Source: Thecamonas trahens ATCC 50062
Lineage: Eukaryota; Protista; Apusomonadida
Direction of reading: 5' to 3'
Assembly: GCF_000142905.1 (NCBI RefSeq)
Contig: NW_013657652.1
Span: forward strand, 62,001-126,000
Length of the DNA: 64,000 bases
Below, piece after piece: positions 1 to 11,500 of the stretch. A program made the translations under genes and the position numbers. Position 1 is the first letter of the stretch; each line of letters begins with the position of its first letter. The notes beneath the pieces are model-generated. The model was not told the origin of the DNA. It saw only the letters and a program-made list of their open reading frames with translations, and made no database searches.

Positions 1-3000
1 TAATGCTGATGAGGAAGCGAGGCTAGAGTCATCGCTGGGTACTCGCTCTCCCTTTCGTCGCCCTTTGGGATCAACAAGACTTCCTCCTCGAAAACAGCTC
101 GTTTCGTTTGTCGAGCCGCAAGTCGTGCAAGAGTATCCAACCTTGGAAGGCAACGAGGGGGTGTACACCTCGCGGGCTCTTGGTTTCTTCACCATCAACT
201 CCTCGCTCCGGGCTACTGCCATCCGTATCGTCGACGCCCAGTGGTTCACCTACCTTGTCCTTGCTGTTATTGTCGTCAACACTGGTTTCATCTCGGCGTC
301 TACTCCGAGCGATGACCCAAGCTCCACCAAGACCCGCGTGCTCGATGTGGCCGAGCTCACCTTTATGGCCTTCTTTACCCTGGAGATGATGCTCAAGATA
401 CTCGCTTTTGGCGCCTTTGCTCACCATCACGCCTATCTCCGCTCCGGATGGAACGTCTTTGACTTTACCATTGTTTGCCTCGGCTACCTCTCGCTCATGG
501 CGCTGCCCATTCTCGCCGGCTCCAACGTCACCGCCCTCCGCACCCTCCGCGTCTTTCGCCCGCTTCGAACTCTCCGCACCATCCGCTGGTTCCGCGGCCC
601 GCGCACCCTCGTCCGCTCGGTCATCGTCTCGCTACCGGGCCTCTTTGATGCCACTGTCCTCCTCCTCTTCTTCATCGCCATCTACGGCATCATGGGCGTG
701 CAACTCTTCGGCGGCGCCCTCCGCCAGCGATGCGTGCACGCTTCCACCGGCGAGCTCGCCCCGCTCACTGCCCGCCTCTGTGGCCTGGCTGACAATACCG
801 CCGGCCTCTCCTGCCCGCCGGACTACGTCTGCACCGCCGCCGGTCCCAATCCGGGACACGGCTTTGAGTCGTTTGACCACTTTGGCGTCGCTGTCATCGT
901 CCTCTGGAACGTTCTCAACCTCGACGGCTGGTCCGCCCTCATGTACTCGCTACAGGACGCCGTCTCGCCGTGGGTGTGGCTCTACTTTGTCACCTTTACA
1001 CTCCTGCTCTCGTTCTTTGCCGTCACTCTCTTCCTCGCCATCCTCACCGAGTCATTCACTATCACCGCCGAGGAAGAAGAGGTTGCCGCAGCTGCCGACC
1101 GCGCACGCTCCATCCGCCGCCAGGCCTCGCAAACAGGCGTCGCCGCGGGCGTCCTCGCCGCTGCCTTTGCCGCGCCGAGCATCCGCAGCCAGGCCTCGGA
1201 GCCGCAACCGACCCAACGCGCCGCCTCGCTCGAACGCGGCTGGTCCATTGTGGCCGACGCGCGCCGCGTCGCAGACAACACCACGTGGCTGGAGGGCAAG
1301 CCTGCTTGGATCGTGCAGCTCAATGCCGTTGTCCGCTCGCCCACCTTCTTCTTCACCGTCCTTGCCCTCATCCTTCTCAACACCGTCGTCCTCGCCGCCG
1401 AGCATCATGGCATGTCGCCGGCGCTCAAGGACTGGCTCGATGCCTTTAACGTCTTCTTCATCGTCCTCTTTGCCATTGAGCTTGCCATCCGCATCGTCGG
1501 TCTCGGCCCGCGCCAGTTTGGCAAGGACTACTTTAACGTCTTTGACTCGCTCGTCGTTGCCCTCTCCATCCTCGAAGTTGCTCTTGGCTGGTCGTCGGCC
1601 ATCTCGGTCTTCCGCGTCGTCCGCCTCCTCCGCGTCGTCCGCATCCTTCGCGTCATGCGATTTGTCAACCGCCTCTCCTCGCTGCGACGCCTCCTTGACA
1701 CGGTCACCTCCGGCATCGCCGCCGTCTCGTACACTGCCGTCCTCCTCTTCCTTCTCCTCTTCATTTTTGCCATTGTCGGCATGGAGTTGTTTGGCGGCTC
1801 GTACTCTGCCCAGCCTGGACGTGCCAACTTTGACACACTCTACTGGTCGTTTGTCGCCGTCTTTCAGACCTTTACCGGTGACCGCTCATCAGACTTGCTC
1901 TACGAAGGCATGCGCACGACCACTGTGGTCGGCGCCATCTACTTTGTCGCCCTCACCGCAGTCTCCATCATCCTCAAGTTTCTCTTCCTCGCCGTCATCC
2001 TCCACTACTTTACCCACCCATACTCGCCCGACGACCCACTTGCAGGCTCGCTCTCCTCACTCGTCACGCAGGACTCGGGCTCGACCGGTACCGCTGCCAA
2101 GCAACAGCCGCGCACGCCCACACCCCAGCTTCCGGACCCGCCGTCGCCGCCACAAGGCCGCATTCCGTTCCCCGCCGTCCCGGCCTCGATGACAGCCGCG
2201 CCCTCTCCGCCCACGCCGCAGACTCCCGCCGAAACCGCCGCCGTCGGCAGTGAGCGTAGCTCTGACTCGGCGTCGCCGTCACCCGGCGGCGACTCGCTCC
2301 GCACTGCCATGTTCCGCGCCTCTGCCGAGGCAAGCCGCGCGGCCCAGCAGTGGAGTGGGGCCAAGACCAGGACCCGCCCGCGGTCGTCGTCACTCCGCTG
2401 GCAGCTGCGGTCCAAGAACGCCTCCAGGTTTACCCCCGAAAAGGCCGAGGCCTTCCAGGTTGCGCCCATCCCCAGCTACAGCGACCTCGCCAAACTCCGC
2501 CAGCAGAAGATCGACCACGCCAACTCGGCCGAGCTCCATCGGCTGGCCACCGTCAAGATGTTCACGGCCGCACCACCCAAGCCCAAACCAGCTTCGGTCG
2601 TCAGCGCCATCGCTGCTAGCAAGCACCCACTCCCGCCCTCGGCCGACCCGTACGCGCAGGACGCGGCCGAGACCGAGGCTGCAGCCGCCGCATCCTCGGT
2701 CCCTGTCCACCGTAGGCTTGGTGTGGCACTCGACGACTCGGGCTATGCTATGTCCATGCGCTCGCATCAGCGGGCATGGCAGGCGCAGCAGCTCCGCGAA
2801 CAACTGGAAGCCAGCGGGACGATCGCCCACGACCACGCCGTCGAGCCGCCGCCGGACCCGTCGGTTCTTGATCCATCCGGCCCGTCGATGCGGTCACCGC
2901 TCTCGCGTGGCGCCGACGCGCCGCGCCGCAAGCGCCGCAAGCGCCGGGTCCGCCGCCTCCCCGACGCCGCATCGCGGCTAGTCCTTGTCAAGAATGAGCT

Positions 3001-5595
3001 CCTTGTCCCGCGCGGCGGGCGTGAGGCCCATGCCCGCGAGCGCGCCGCCTCGCGCGAGCGCTCCGCACATCCACGCAAGCGCGGCTCGGGTCTGCCGCTG
3101 GTTGGCTACGCATGCTTTCTCTCGCGGCGGTCGTGGATCCGAGTCTGGCTTCACTCGATTGTCTCTGCGCCATGGTTCGAGCCGTTCATCAACGTGTGCA
3201 TCGTGCTCAACTGCGTGTTCATGGCGCTCGACCACCCGGCGGTCGACTCGGCGTCGCCGCTCGGGCGAGCCATCTTTTTGCAAGACTGGGGCTTTCTCCT
3301 TCTGTTCACCGCCGAGGTTCTCGCCAAGATGGTGGTGTACGGCGTGTGGTGGGCCGAGTACGCGTACCTCCGCGACAACTGGAACCGTGTAGATGCTGCC
3401 GTCGTCGCCCTTGCCTGGCTTGGCCTTCCTTTCGGCAACGTGCTCCGGGGCTTGCGTGGCTTCCGTGCTCTCCGTCCGCTCCGGCTTGTCATCCGCTCGG
3501 CCAAGCTCCGGCTGGTGGTCACTGCGCTCTCCAACGCGGTGCCGTCGATGCTACAAATTGTGGTCATTACCCTTGTGTTTTGGCTCATGTTTGGCATCAT
3601 GGGCGTGACACTCTTCAAAGGCCTCTTCTACGCCTGCAATGATCCGTCTGTTGCTGGGCGCGCAGAGTGCGTCGGCGCCTTTGACCCGGACCCAGTGGTG
3701 ACCAACGGCACGCTGCTTGCCGGTACCGCCATTCCGCGAGTCTGGGCCAACGCGCCGTACTCATTCGACAACATTGGCGAGGCCATGCTCACTCTTTTTG
3801 AGGTCTCGATGCTCCACGGCTGGGCAGACATCATGCGCTCGGGCACCGACGCGACTTCGGTCGACCTCCAGCCATCGCCGTCGAGCAAGCCGGCTGCAGC
3901 CATCTACTTTATTGCCTTTATTGTCTTTGGCTCTCTCTTTGTCCTCAACCTCTACATCGGCGTTGTCCTCGACCACCTCAACCAGATGACTTACCGCCGG
4001 ACTGCGCTTGGCTCGGGCCGGCTGGCATCTATGGCCACACCGGGCCTATGGTCGTTGGTCACGCCTGCACAGCGCAAACTTATCCTCACCCAGCGCGTGC
4101 TTGAGGCGACCCAGCCGGAGCGGCCGCCGCCAGCGGTGCCAACCAACCCATTCCGGTTCGAAGCGTATCGCCTTGTCTCGGCACCGCTGTTTGAGGTCGG
4201 TGTCGTGGCCGCCATCTTGCTCAACGGCATCATCCTCACCATCGCACACTACCAGCAGCCGAGCGAGGTGACAGACACCCTGTTTGTCGCCAATGTCGTG
4301 TTTGTCATTCTCTTTACCCTCGAGCTGGTACTCAAGGTCGCTGCCTGGGGGCCGACCTACTACCTTGGCGACGGATGGAACCGGTTCGACGCCGCTGTTG
4401 TCGCTCTCTCTCTCCTCGGCCTCGCCTTGCGATCGGGTGTGGCCCCACCAACTGTCCGAGTCCTCCGTGTCGGGCGGCTGTTCCGGCTGGCGAAGCGGAC
4501 CCAGACGCTCAACCGCCTGTTCAAGACACTCCTCCACTCACTCCCGTCGCTCTTCAACATCGGCGCGCTCGTCGGCGTCGTCTTCTTTGTCTATGCGCTA
4601 CTGGGCGTCTCGCTCTTTGGTCGTGTCCGCGTCGCCACGGCGCCGGGCGAGCCGGGCTTCTCGCCGCGTGCCTCTTTCTCGCGGTTTGACTACGCGCTGC
4701 TCACGCTCTACCGCGTGGCGACCACGGATGGTTGGGCGGAAGTGATGCGGGCGGCGCAGCTGCAGCCGCCGCAGTGCGATCCCGCGGCCGACAACTGTGG
4801 CTCGTCGTGGGCTTCGCTCTACTTCATCTCGTTTGCGCTCACTGGCACCTTTGTCATGCTCAACCTGTTCATTGCGGTGGTGATGGAGAACTTTGCGGAC
4901 AACGCCGTCATTCCGCCGCAAAAGCTGCGGGTCATCAAACGGTTCAAGCGGTCATGGGCGGCTTCGGATCCCGAGTCGACGGAGTACGTCACGCCGCAGG
5001 ACCTCATTCTGGTCATGCAGCGGTTGCCGGTGGCCTACTCGGAGCCGTGGGACGAGGCCGACCCAAGTCGCGGGCGTCGGCGCTGGCGGCTGTCGCCGAG
5101 GCCGGCCTTCGGATCCACGGCGTCGGCGAGTCGATGAAGGTCTGTGGCGTGACGCTCCCGTGGTTTTGCTCGCAGCCGCATCCGTCGGGGGTGTACTTTA
5201 AGGATGTGCTGATGTACGTGGTGGCCATTGCCATCGCCCGCGAGGCCGAGGGCCTCACCGACGACATCGAAGCGAGCGAAGACCTGCCGCCGCCGATGGT
5301 TGTCCCTGTCTCGCCGGTCATGAGTTCAGCGTCGTCGTCGACAGCGGTGTCGTCGACCACCTCCGCCGACGATCTCCCGCCGCGCGAGCTCGACTTGGGA
5401 GCATCGAGCGACTCGGTCGCCTCGTACTACACCTCGAGCTATGCAGACAGTTTCGACGGTTCGAGTGCCATCGAGCTGGACGAGCTTGCCGCCGTGAGCT
5501 CGGACCTGCTTTCGGAGCTCTCCGAGGCGGCGCGGGGCAGCTCGTATTACTCATCGTACTCGTACGCGTATGAGAGCTCAGGGGAGACACGTTAG
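1..5595 (+). CDS. Four-domain voltage-gated cation channel alpha subunit (Nav/Cav superfamily); 5'-partial, one apparent frameshift at ~5062-5064
   Basis: Four 6-TM repeats with Arg-rich S4 segments (LRTLRVFRPLRTLR; FRVVRLLRVVRILR; LRGLRGFRALRPLR; VRVLRVGRLFRLAK) and four P-loops. The frame is open from base 2, so the start lies upstream of the window. A Nav/Cav-like C-terminal tail (...VYFKDVLMYVVAIA) continues in the 4732..5595 frame if one base is added at gacccaag. Confidence 0.93.
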
Positions 5596-8500
5596 TGCAC
5601 CTTCGAGGACGTCGCCCAGGCCGATAAACAGGGGGTCGTACGGATCGCAGGCGACGAGTTCGGCCTGTAGGCGGGCCCGCAGACTGCTTGGTGGCACCCC
5701 GAGCAGCTCGGCGGCTGGATCTGGCAACGAGTTGGCGACCAGCGACGCCGCAACATACGGTAGCGACCAGGCCATCGCGGCCGGGAGGAGGTGCAACGAG
5801 GTGGCAGCAGCCCATGGGTCGGGATGCGGTGGCGGAGAACCCAGTCGGTTGAGGACCGCGCGCAAGATCGGTGCGTTGGTCACCGCCAGCCGAGGCACTT
5901 GGGACGTCCGCAGCAGCAGTGCAATGAGTGCGTCGTCGGGCACCAGCTCTGCCGTGCTCAACCAGTCCAGCGCCACCGTCCGGACGCGGTGGTCTTCCGA
6001 AAGCAGAGCCACGCAGAGAGCGGCGCGCTGGACGGCCGGCTCGGGCACGTCGAGGCGGGTAGTGACCAAGAATGAAGTCTCGTCATGATCGAGCGCGTCG
6101 CGAAGTGAGTCAAAGCGGGCAAAGGCGTCCACAACAGCAGCATCTGGCAGCATCATGACCGTGAGGCGCCAGAGCGACGCCGGGTCTTCGGACGTTGCCG
6201 CTGCGCCATGTACCAGCGCAGTTACGGTGGTGTCAGGCACACCGGCGGAGCGTAACTCTTGGATACGGGCCAGCTGTAGCTCCAGTGCGTGCGGAGGCAG
6301 GGGCTGTGGAATGGCTGCGCCCTGGGTAGGGTGGGCGGCAGTTGGTGGTGCTGCTGTGGTGAGTGAGGGCGAGGGTGAGAGTGCAGACTCGGGTGCGACC
6401 TCGACGACAAAGTCGTCGTCAGACCCCACGTCCCAGCCCTCGCCATCATCAGACGCGACGTCGACGACAGGCGCAGGCGTGATGAACTCGGGTGCAGCCT
6501 CGGGTGCGGCCTCGGATGTGGCTTCGGCCTCGACGACAAACCCACCATCAGACCCCAAGTCCCACCCGTCGCCATCATCAGACGCGACGTCGACGACAGG
6601 CGCAGGCGTGATAGACTCGGGTGCAGCCTCGGGTGCAGTCTCGGGTGCGGCCTCGGGTGTGGCTTCGGCCTCGACGACAAAGTCGTCATCCGACCCCACG
6701 TCCCACCCGTCGCCATCATCAGACGCTACGTCGACGACAGGCGCAGCTGCGACAAACACGGCTTCAGTCTCGGGTGCGGCCTCGACGACAAAGTCGTCGT
6801 CAGACCCCATGTCCCAGCCCTCGCCATCACCCGACGTGACGTCGACGGCAGGCGCAGGCGTGATGAGCTCGGGTGCAGCCTCGGGTGCGGCCTCGGGTGC
6901 GGCCTCGGGTGTGGCTTCGGCCTCGACGACAAAGTCGTCATCCGACCCCACGTCCCACCCGTCGCCATCATCAGACGCGACGTCGACGACAGGCGCAGCT
7001 GCCACAAACACGGCTTCAGTCTCGGGTGCGGCCTCGACGACAAAGTCGTCGTCAGACCCCATGTCCCAGCCCTCGCCATCATCAGACGCGACGTCGACGA
7101 CAGGCGCAGGCGTGATAAACTTGGGTGCGGCCTCGGGTGCGGCCTCGGATGCAGCCTCAGGCGTGACAAGCTCGGGTGCCGCCTCCACCTCGACGACAAA
7201 GTCATCATCAGACCCCACGTCCCAGCCCTCGCCATCATCAGACGCGACGTCGACGACAGGCGCAGCTGCCACAAACACGGCTTCAGTCTCGGGTGCGGCC
7301 TCGACGACAAAGTCGTCGTCAGACCCCATGTCCCAGCCCTCGCCATCACCCGACGTGACGTCGACGGCAGGCGCAGGCGTGATGAGCTCGGGTGCAGCCT
7401 CGGGTGCGGCCTCGGGTGCGGCCTCGGGTGTGGCTTCGGCCTCGACGACAAAGTCGTCATCCGACCCCACGTCCCACCCGTCGCCATCATCAGACGCGAC
7501 GTCGACGACAGGCGCAGCTGCCACAAACACGGCTTCAGTCTCGGGTGCGGCCTCGACGACAAAGTCGTCGTCAGACCCCATGTCCCAGCCCTCGCCATCA
7601 TCAGACGCGACGTCGACGACAGGCGCAGGCGTGATAAACTTGGGTGCGGCCTCGGGTGCGGCCTCGGATGCAGCCTCAGGCGTGACAAGCTCGGGTGCCG
7701 CCTCCACCTCGACGACAAAGTCATCATCAGACCCCACGTCCCAGCCCTCGCCATCATCAGACGCGACGTCGACGACAGGCGCAGCTGCCACAAACACGGC
7801 TTCAGTCTCGGGTGCGGCCTCGACGACAAAGTCATCATCAGACCCCACGTCCCAGCCCTCGCCATCATCAGACGCGACGTCGACAACATGCGCTGCTGCG
7901 GCAAACACGGCTGCAGCCTCGGGTGTGGCCTCGGGTGCGGCCTCGGTCTCGACGACAAACCCACCATCAGACCCCAAGTCCCAGCCCTCGCCATCATCAG
8001 ACGCGACGTCGACAACAGGCGCTGCTGCGACAAACTGGGGTGCAGCCTCAACAACACATCCATCATCAGATCCCATGTCCCAGCCGTCGCCATCACCCGA
8101 CACAGACCCCAGGTCCCAGCCACCTCCACCCGCCAACCCGGCGGGGGACGTCGGAACAGAGACAAAGGCATCACCTTCGCCGTCCTCGCCACTCGCCCAT
8201 GCGTCGCTGCCGTCGGACGCAGAGCCGCCGCCCCAGTCGTCGAGCCCAAACACCACACTTTCGTCGACATCGCCACCGCTCCACTCGCTATCGACACTTG
8301 CGCTCTCCCATGCCCCGCCATCCCACGCTGCAGCATCGGCCTCAGCCACTGCCTGCTCAAGCTCCGCCACAATGCTTGCCGCCACAGCTCGCCGCTCATC
8401 GGAAACCTCGGCGTCACTCACGCACTCGCGCGCGGCCTCCACAACACCGGCGAGCACATTACGCGGTGCGTCGTCAGCAACAGTTGCAAGCGCGAGCAGC

Positions 8501-11500
8501 AACTCGCTCACATCCACCGCTGTGCTTCGGATTCCAGACTTGAACGCACTCGCAAACAGCATGCCGGCCTCCATACCGAGCCCAAACGCTGCTGCCACCC
8601 GCATCACAGCTCCATACGCCACTCCGCCCACAATCATTGTCATCAGTGCCGCGTAGAGCGCCTCGCTGCTCCCGGCACTGGCGTCTAGCGCGCTCAGGTG
8701 CGCTCGCACGCACTGCAAACTCGCGGCTCGCTCGATCCGCAAAATTGTCTGTACATGGAGCGCCAGCTCTCGTGCAACAAAGCCGCGCTCGTTACCCAGC
8801 CCGGCGCCCAGCGCATGCAGCACCCGGACCCGCTCTTCGCGGCTTGCTCTGCCCATGTACGGCGCCCCTCGCGCCACTCCCTGCGCCACAAGTCCAGCGT
8901 GCTCGTCTGACACCCACTCCAGCGGTACAGCTCGCCCGAGCGCGCCCACGTGCTGCGCCATCGCCGCCCCGTTGCTGCCACACAGCACGCGGTCGAGCGC
9001 CGCAAACACCACAAGCGATCGGCTCACCGCTCCGCGTCCCAGCGCGCCCACAACAAGACTCGGCCCGCCGCGAGCAATCGCGCCCACATTCCGCACATTG
9101 AGCCACCGAAGAAGCACCGAAGCCACTGCGCCTTCGCCAGACTCCGCCTCAACAAGCAGCCCGTAGTCGGCCCGTGGCATCTCGAGTGCAAGCAGTCTCA
9201 GACCCTCCACGTGATCCGCCCATTGGCTGGCCGCAATCCCGAGGAGCCGCCCGCCATACGTAGCAGCATCCTCGCCGGCAGCCTCGATTCCAAGCACAAA
9301 CAGCAGCAGCCACATCGGGCACAGCACAGCGCCCTCCTCTCCTCGCGCAGCTGCGCTCGCCTCACCGCACGACACCACAGCGTCGAGAACAGCTCCTCGC
9401 TCGGCTACTTGCGCCAGCGCGCCACGGTAAGCCTCAACGCATGCGGCGGCCCGTGCCCGGAGTTCCTCCACGCGACCTCCCCGAGCCAGCGCTAGACACT
9501 CAGCAAGCCGCGCCGCCAGCACATCGTGCGCAAAGCCGGCCACATCAGCTACGCCATGCTCTGCCGCAAGCTCCAGTGCCGCCACCACGCTGTCGTCGTC
9601 ACGGGCGAGCGCAAGCAGTGCCTCGCGCATACTACCAGCTGTGGCTCTCACCCCATGAGCCTCGAGTACCCTTCTCAGCTTATCGGCTGTGCAGGCCTCT
9701 TCAAGCTCGCGTCCCAGCGCAGCGGTCTCGGTCGTCGCCGCCAGTGCCGAAATCACCTCATCCACTGAGCTCTGCAGTGCCTTGCGCCCCAGACCACACA
9801 CGCTCGCTGCCGTCAGGTAGCCCCGCAGCACTGCAAGCGATCCTGCAGGTGCGTCAGCAGCCGTGGCCAGCTCCACAACGCCGGCCACCGCAGCATCCTG
9901 AACAGCACGCGGCACGCACGCCAGCATCGCCGTCAGAAGCACCACGTCAGAGCATGCCAGTGCAGGCGCGGCACGGACAACAGCCTGTTCAAACGCCTCA
10001 CCGCCACACAGTGCCGCCGCATGCAGGTACATCTCCATCAGCCGCGGCACAACTCCCTGGCCAGGCCCGCCACCATACGCCAGAAGCGGCGTCTGTGGCC
10101 GCCGCGCAAAGCCCTCGTACAATGCGTACACCCACGGCTGGTGCGGCAGCTCGCCCATCCACGACTTGAGCCGTCGCTCCAGTGCGCCGTGCCACTGCGG
10201 CCGGTCGAGCGCTCGCCACAACGACTGCACAGCATCTGCCACGCCGTCAGGCACGACCACAGCCGGCTCGCCGCTGCCAGCTTCCTCGCTGCTGCTCGCA
10301 ACAACCCGCGATCGCAGAAACGACGCCGCGTGTGCCGCAGAACTCGACAATCGCTTCAGCGAGAGCCCGCTTGCCTCGCCGCCGATCTCTCGCTCACGTC
10401 CCGCAGCTTTCTCACCCAACGCCTCCACCACCGCAGCCTGGACCTCCAGGCTCCCAATCGTCTCCAGAAGCCCCACCAGCGAATTGCCGTCGGCTCCGGC
10501 CAGCGCTGCCCGACCAAGCTCTAGCCGCTCGCGATACAGAGTCCACTCGCCATCGCAGATCAAGGGGAGCGCCAGCTCGATAAACTCGCGTTCGTGACCG
10601 CCGTCGCGCAGCTCGCGCGCAAGTCGAAGAGCCACCCCGTACGAGCCCTGTGCGTGCGCTGACTGGCCAATCACAACCTTAACCCGTGCCTGGTCTTCGT
10701 TGTCGTCGAGCCCCAGCCGCTTTGCCAGCCGCAGCACCGCCGTTGGGTCGCGATGCGCCGTCGGCTTGGACGCCAGCACCTGCCCAATGAGCTCAACCGG
10801 CTGTGCAAGTCGCACTTGCAGCGGCACTACCGGCACACCATACGAGTCCACAAGCTCTACAGCCTCGATCAGCTTCAGCTCAGCTTCCACCGCAGAGCAG
10901 CCCGCCTGACGCGCATCGCCGCTCGGCCCTGGGAGGAGCTGCAGCGCCCGTCGCGCATGCTGCACCGCCACATCGTCCAGAGCTGCCGCCGAGTTGAACC
11001 ACTCGCGCGCCACTTCGAGCACGAGGCCCTCCAGAACATGTCCCGGAATCTTGCTCGCCAGCGCAGACACGCTGTCAAACTGTGCCTCTCCGAGAAGCGT
11101 CGCCACCGCCAGCCGGTACACCTCCTCCCGACCCAGGAGATCTCCAAACAGCACCCCGCACACATCCGCCACAGTCTCTACCGCAGCGAGCTGCTCACGG
11201 CTCCGTCCGCCGCTTCGTCGCACCGCACTCGCCACTGCCTTTTTCGCCACCGCCTTACCGTCGGCCCCGTCGCGGGCTGTCCGCCCAAATGCAGACGGCG
11301 AGAGCACGACATCAAGTCCGCGCAGCAACGCCAGTGCTTCAAGCTGTTCGACGAGTCTCGCAACATCGCCTCCAAGCAGCGTCTCCTCGCCGCGAGGTGC
11401 TGCGCCCAGTGCCGCCGCCGCCTCGCTCAGCCGCGCATCGTGGATCGCCGCCGCAGACTGAGGCACCTCCACGTATGCCACGCCCAGCAGGACCGCGGCC

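Noticed and set aside
6155-8656. 833-aa Ser/Thr/Ala mucin-like ORF on the plus strand
   Set aside because: It is the antisense shadow of the NBAS coding repeat. Stop-free antisense frames are expected in GC-rich repeats, and it has no signal peptide or independent domain.
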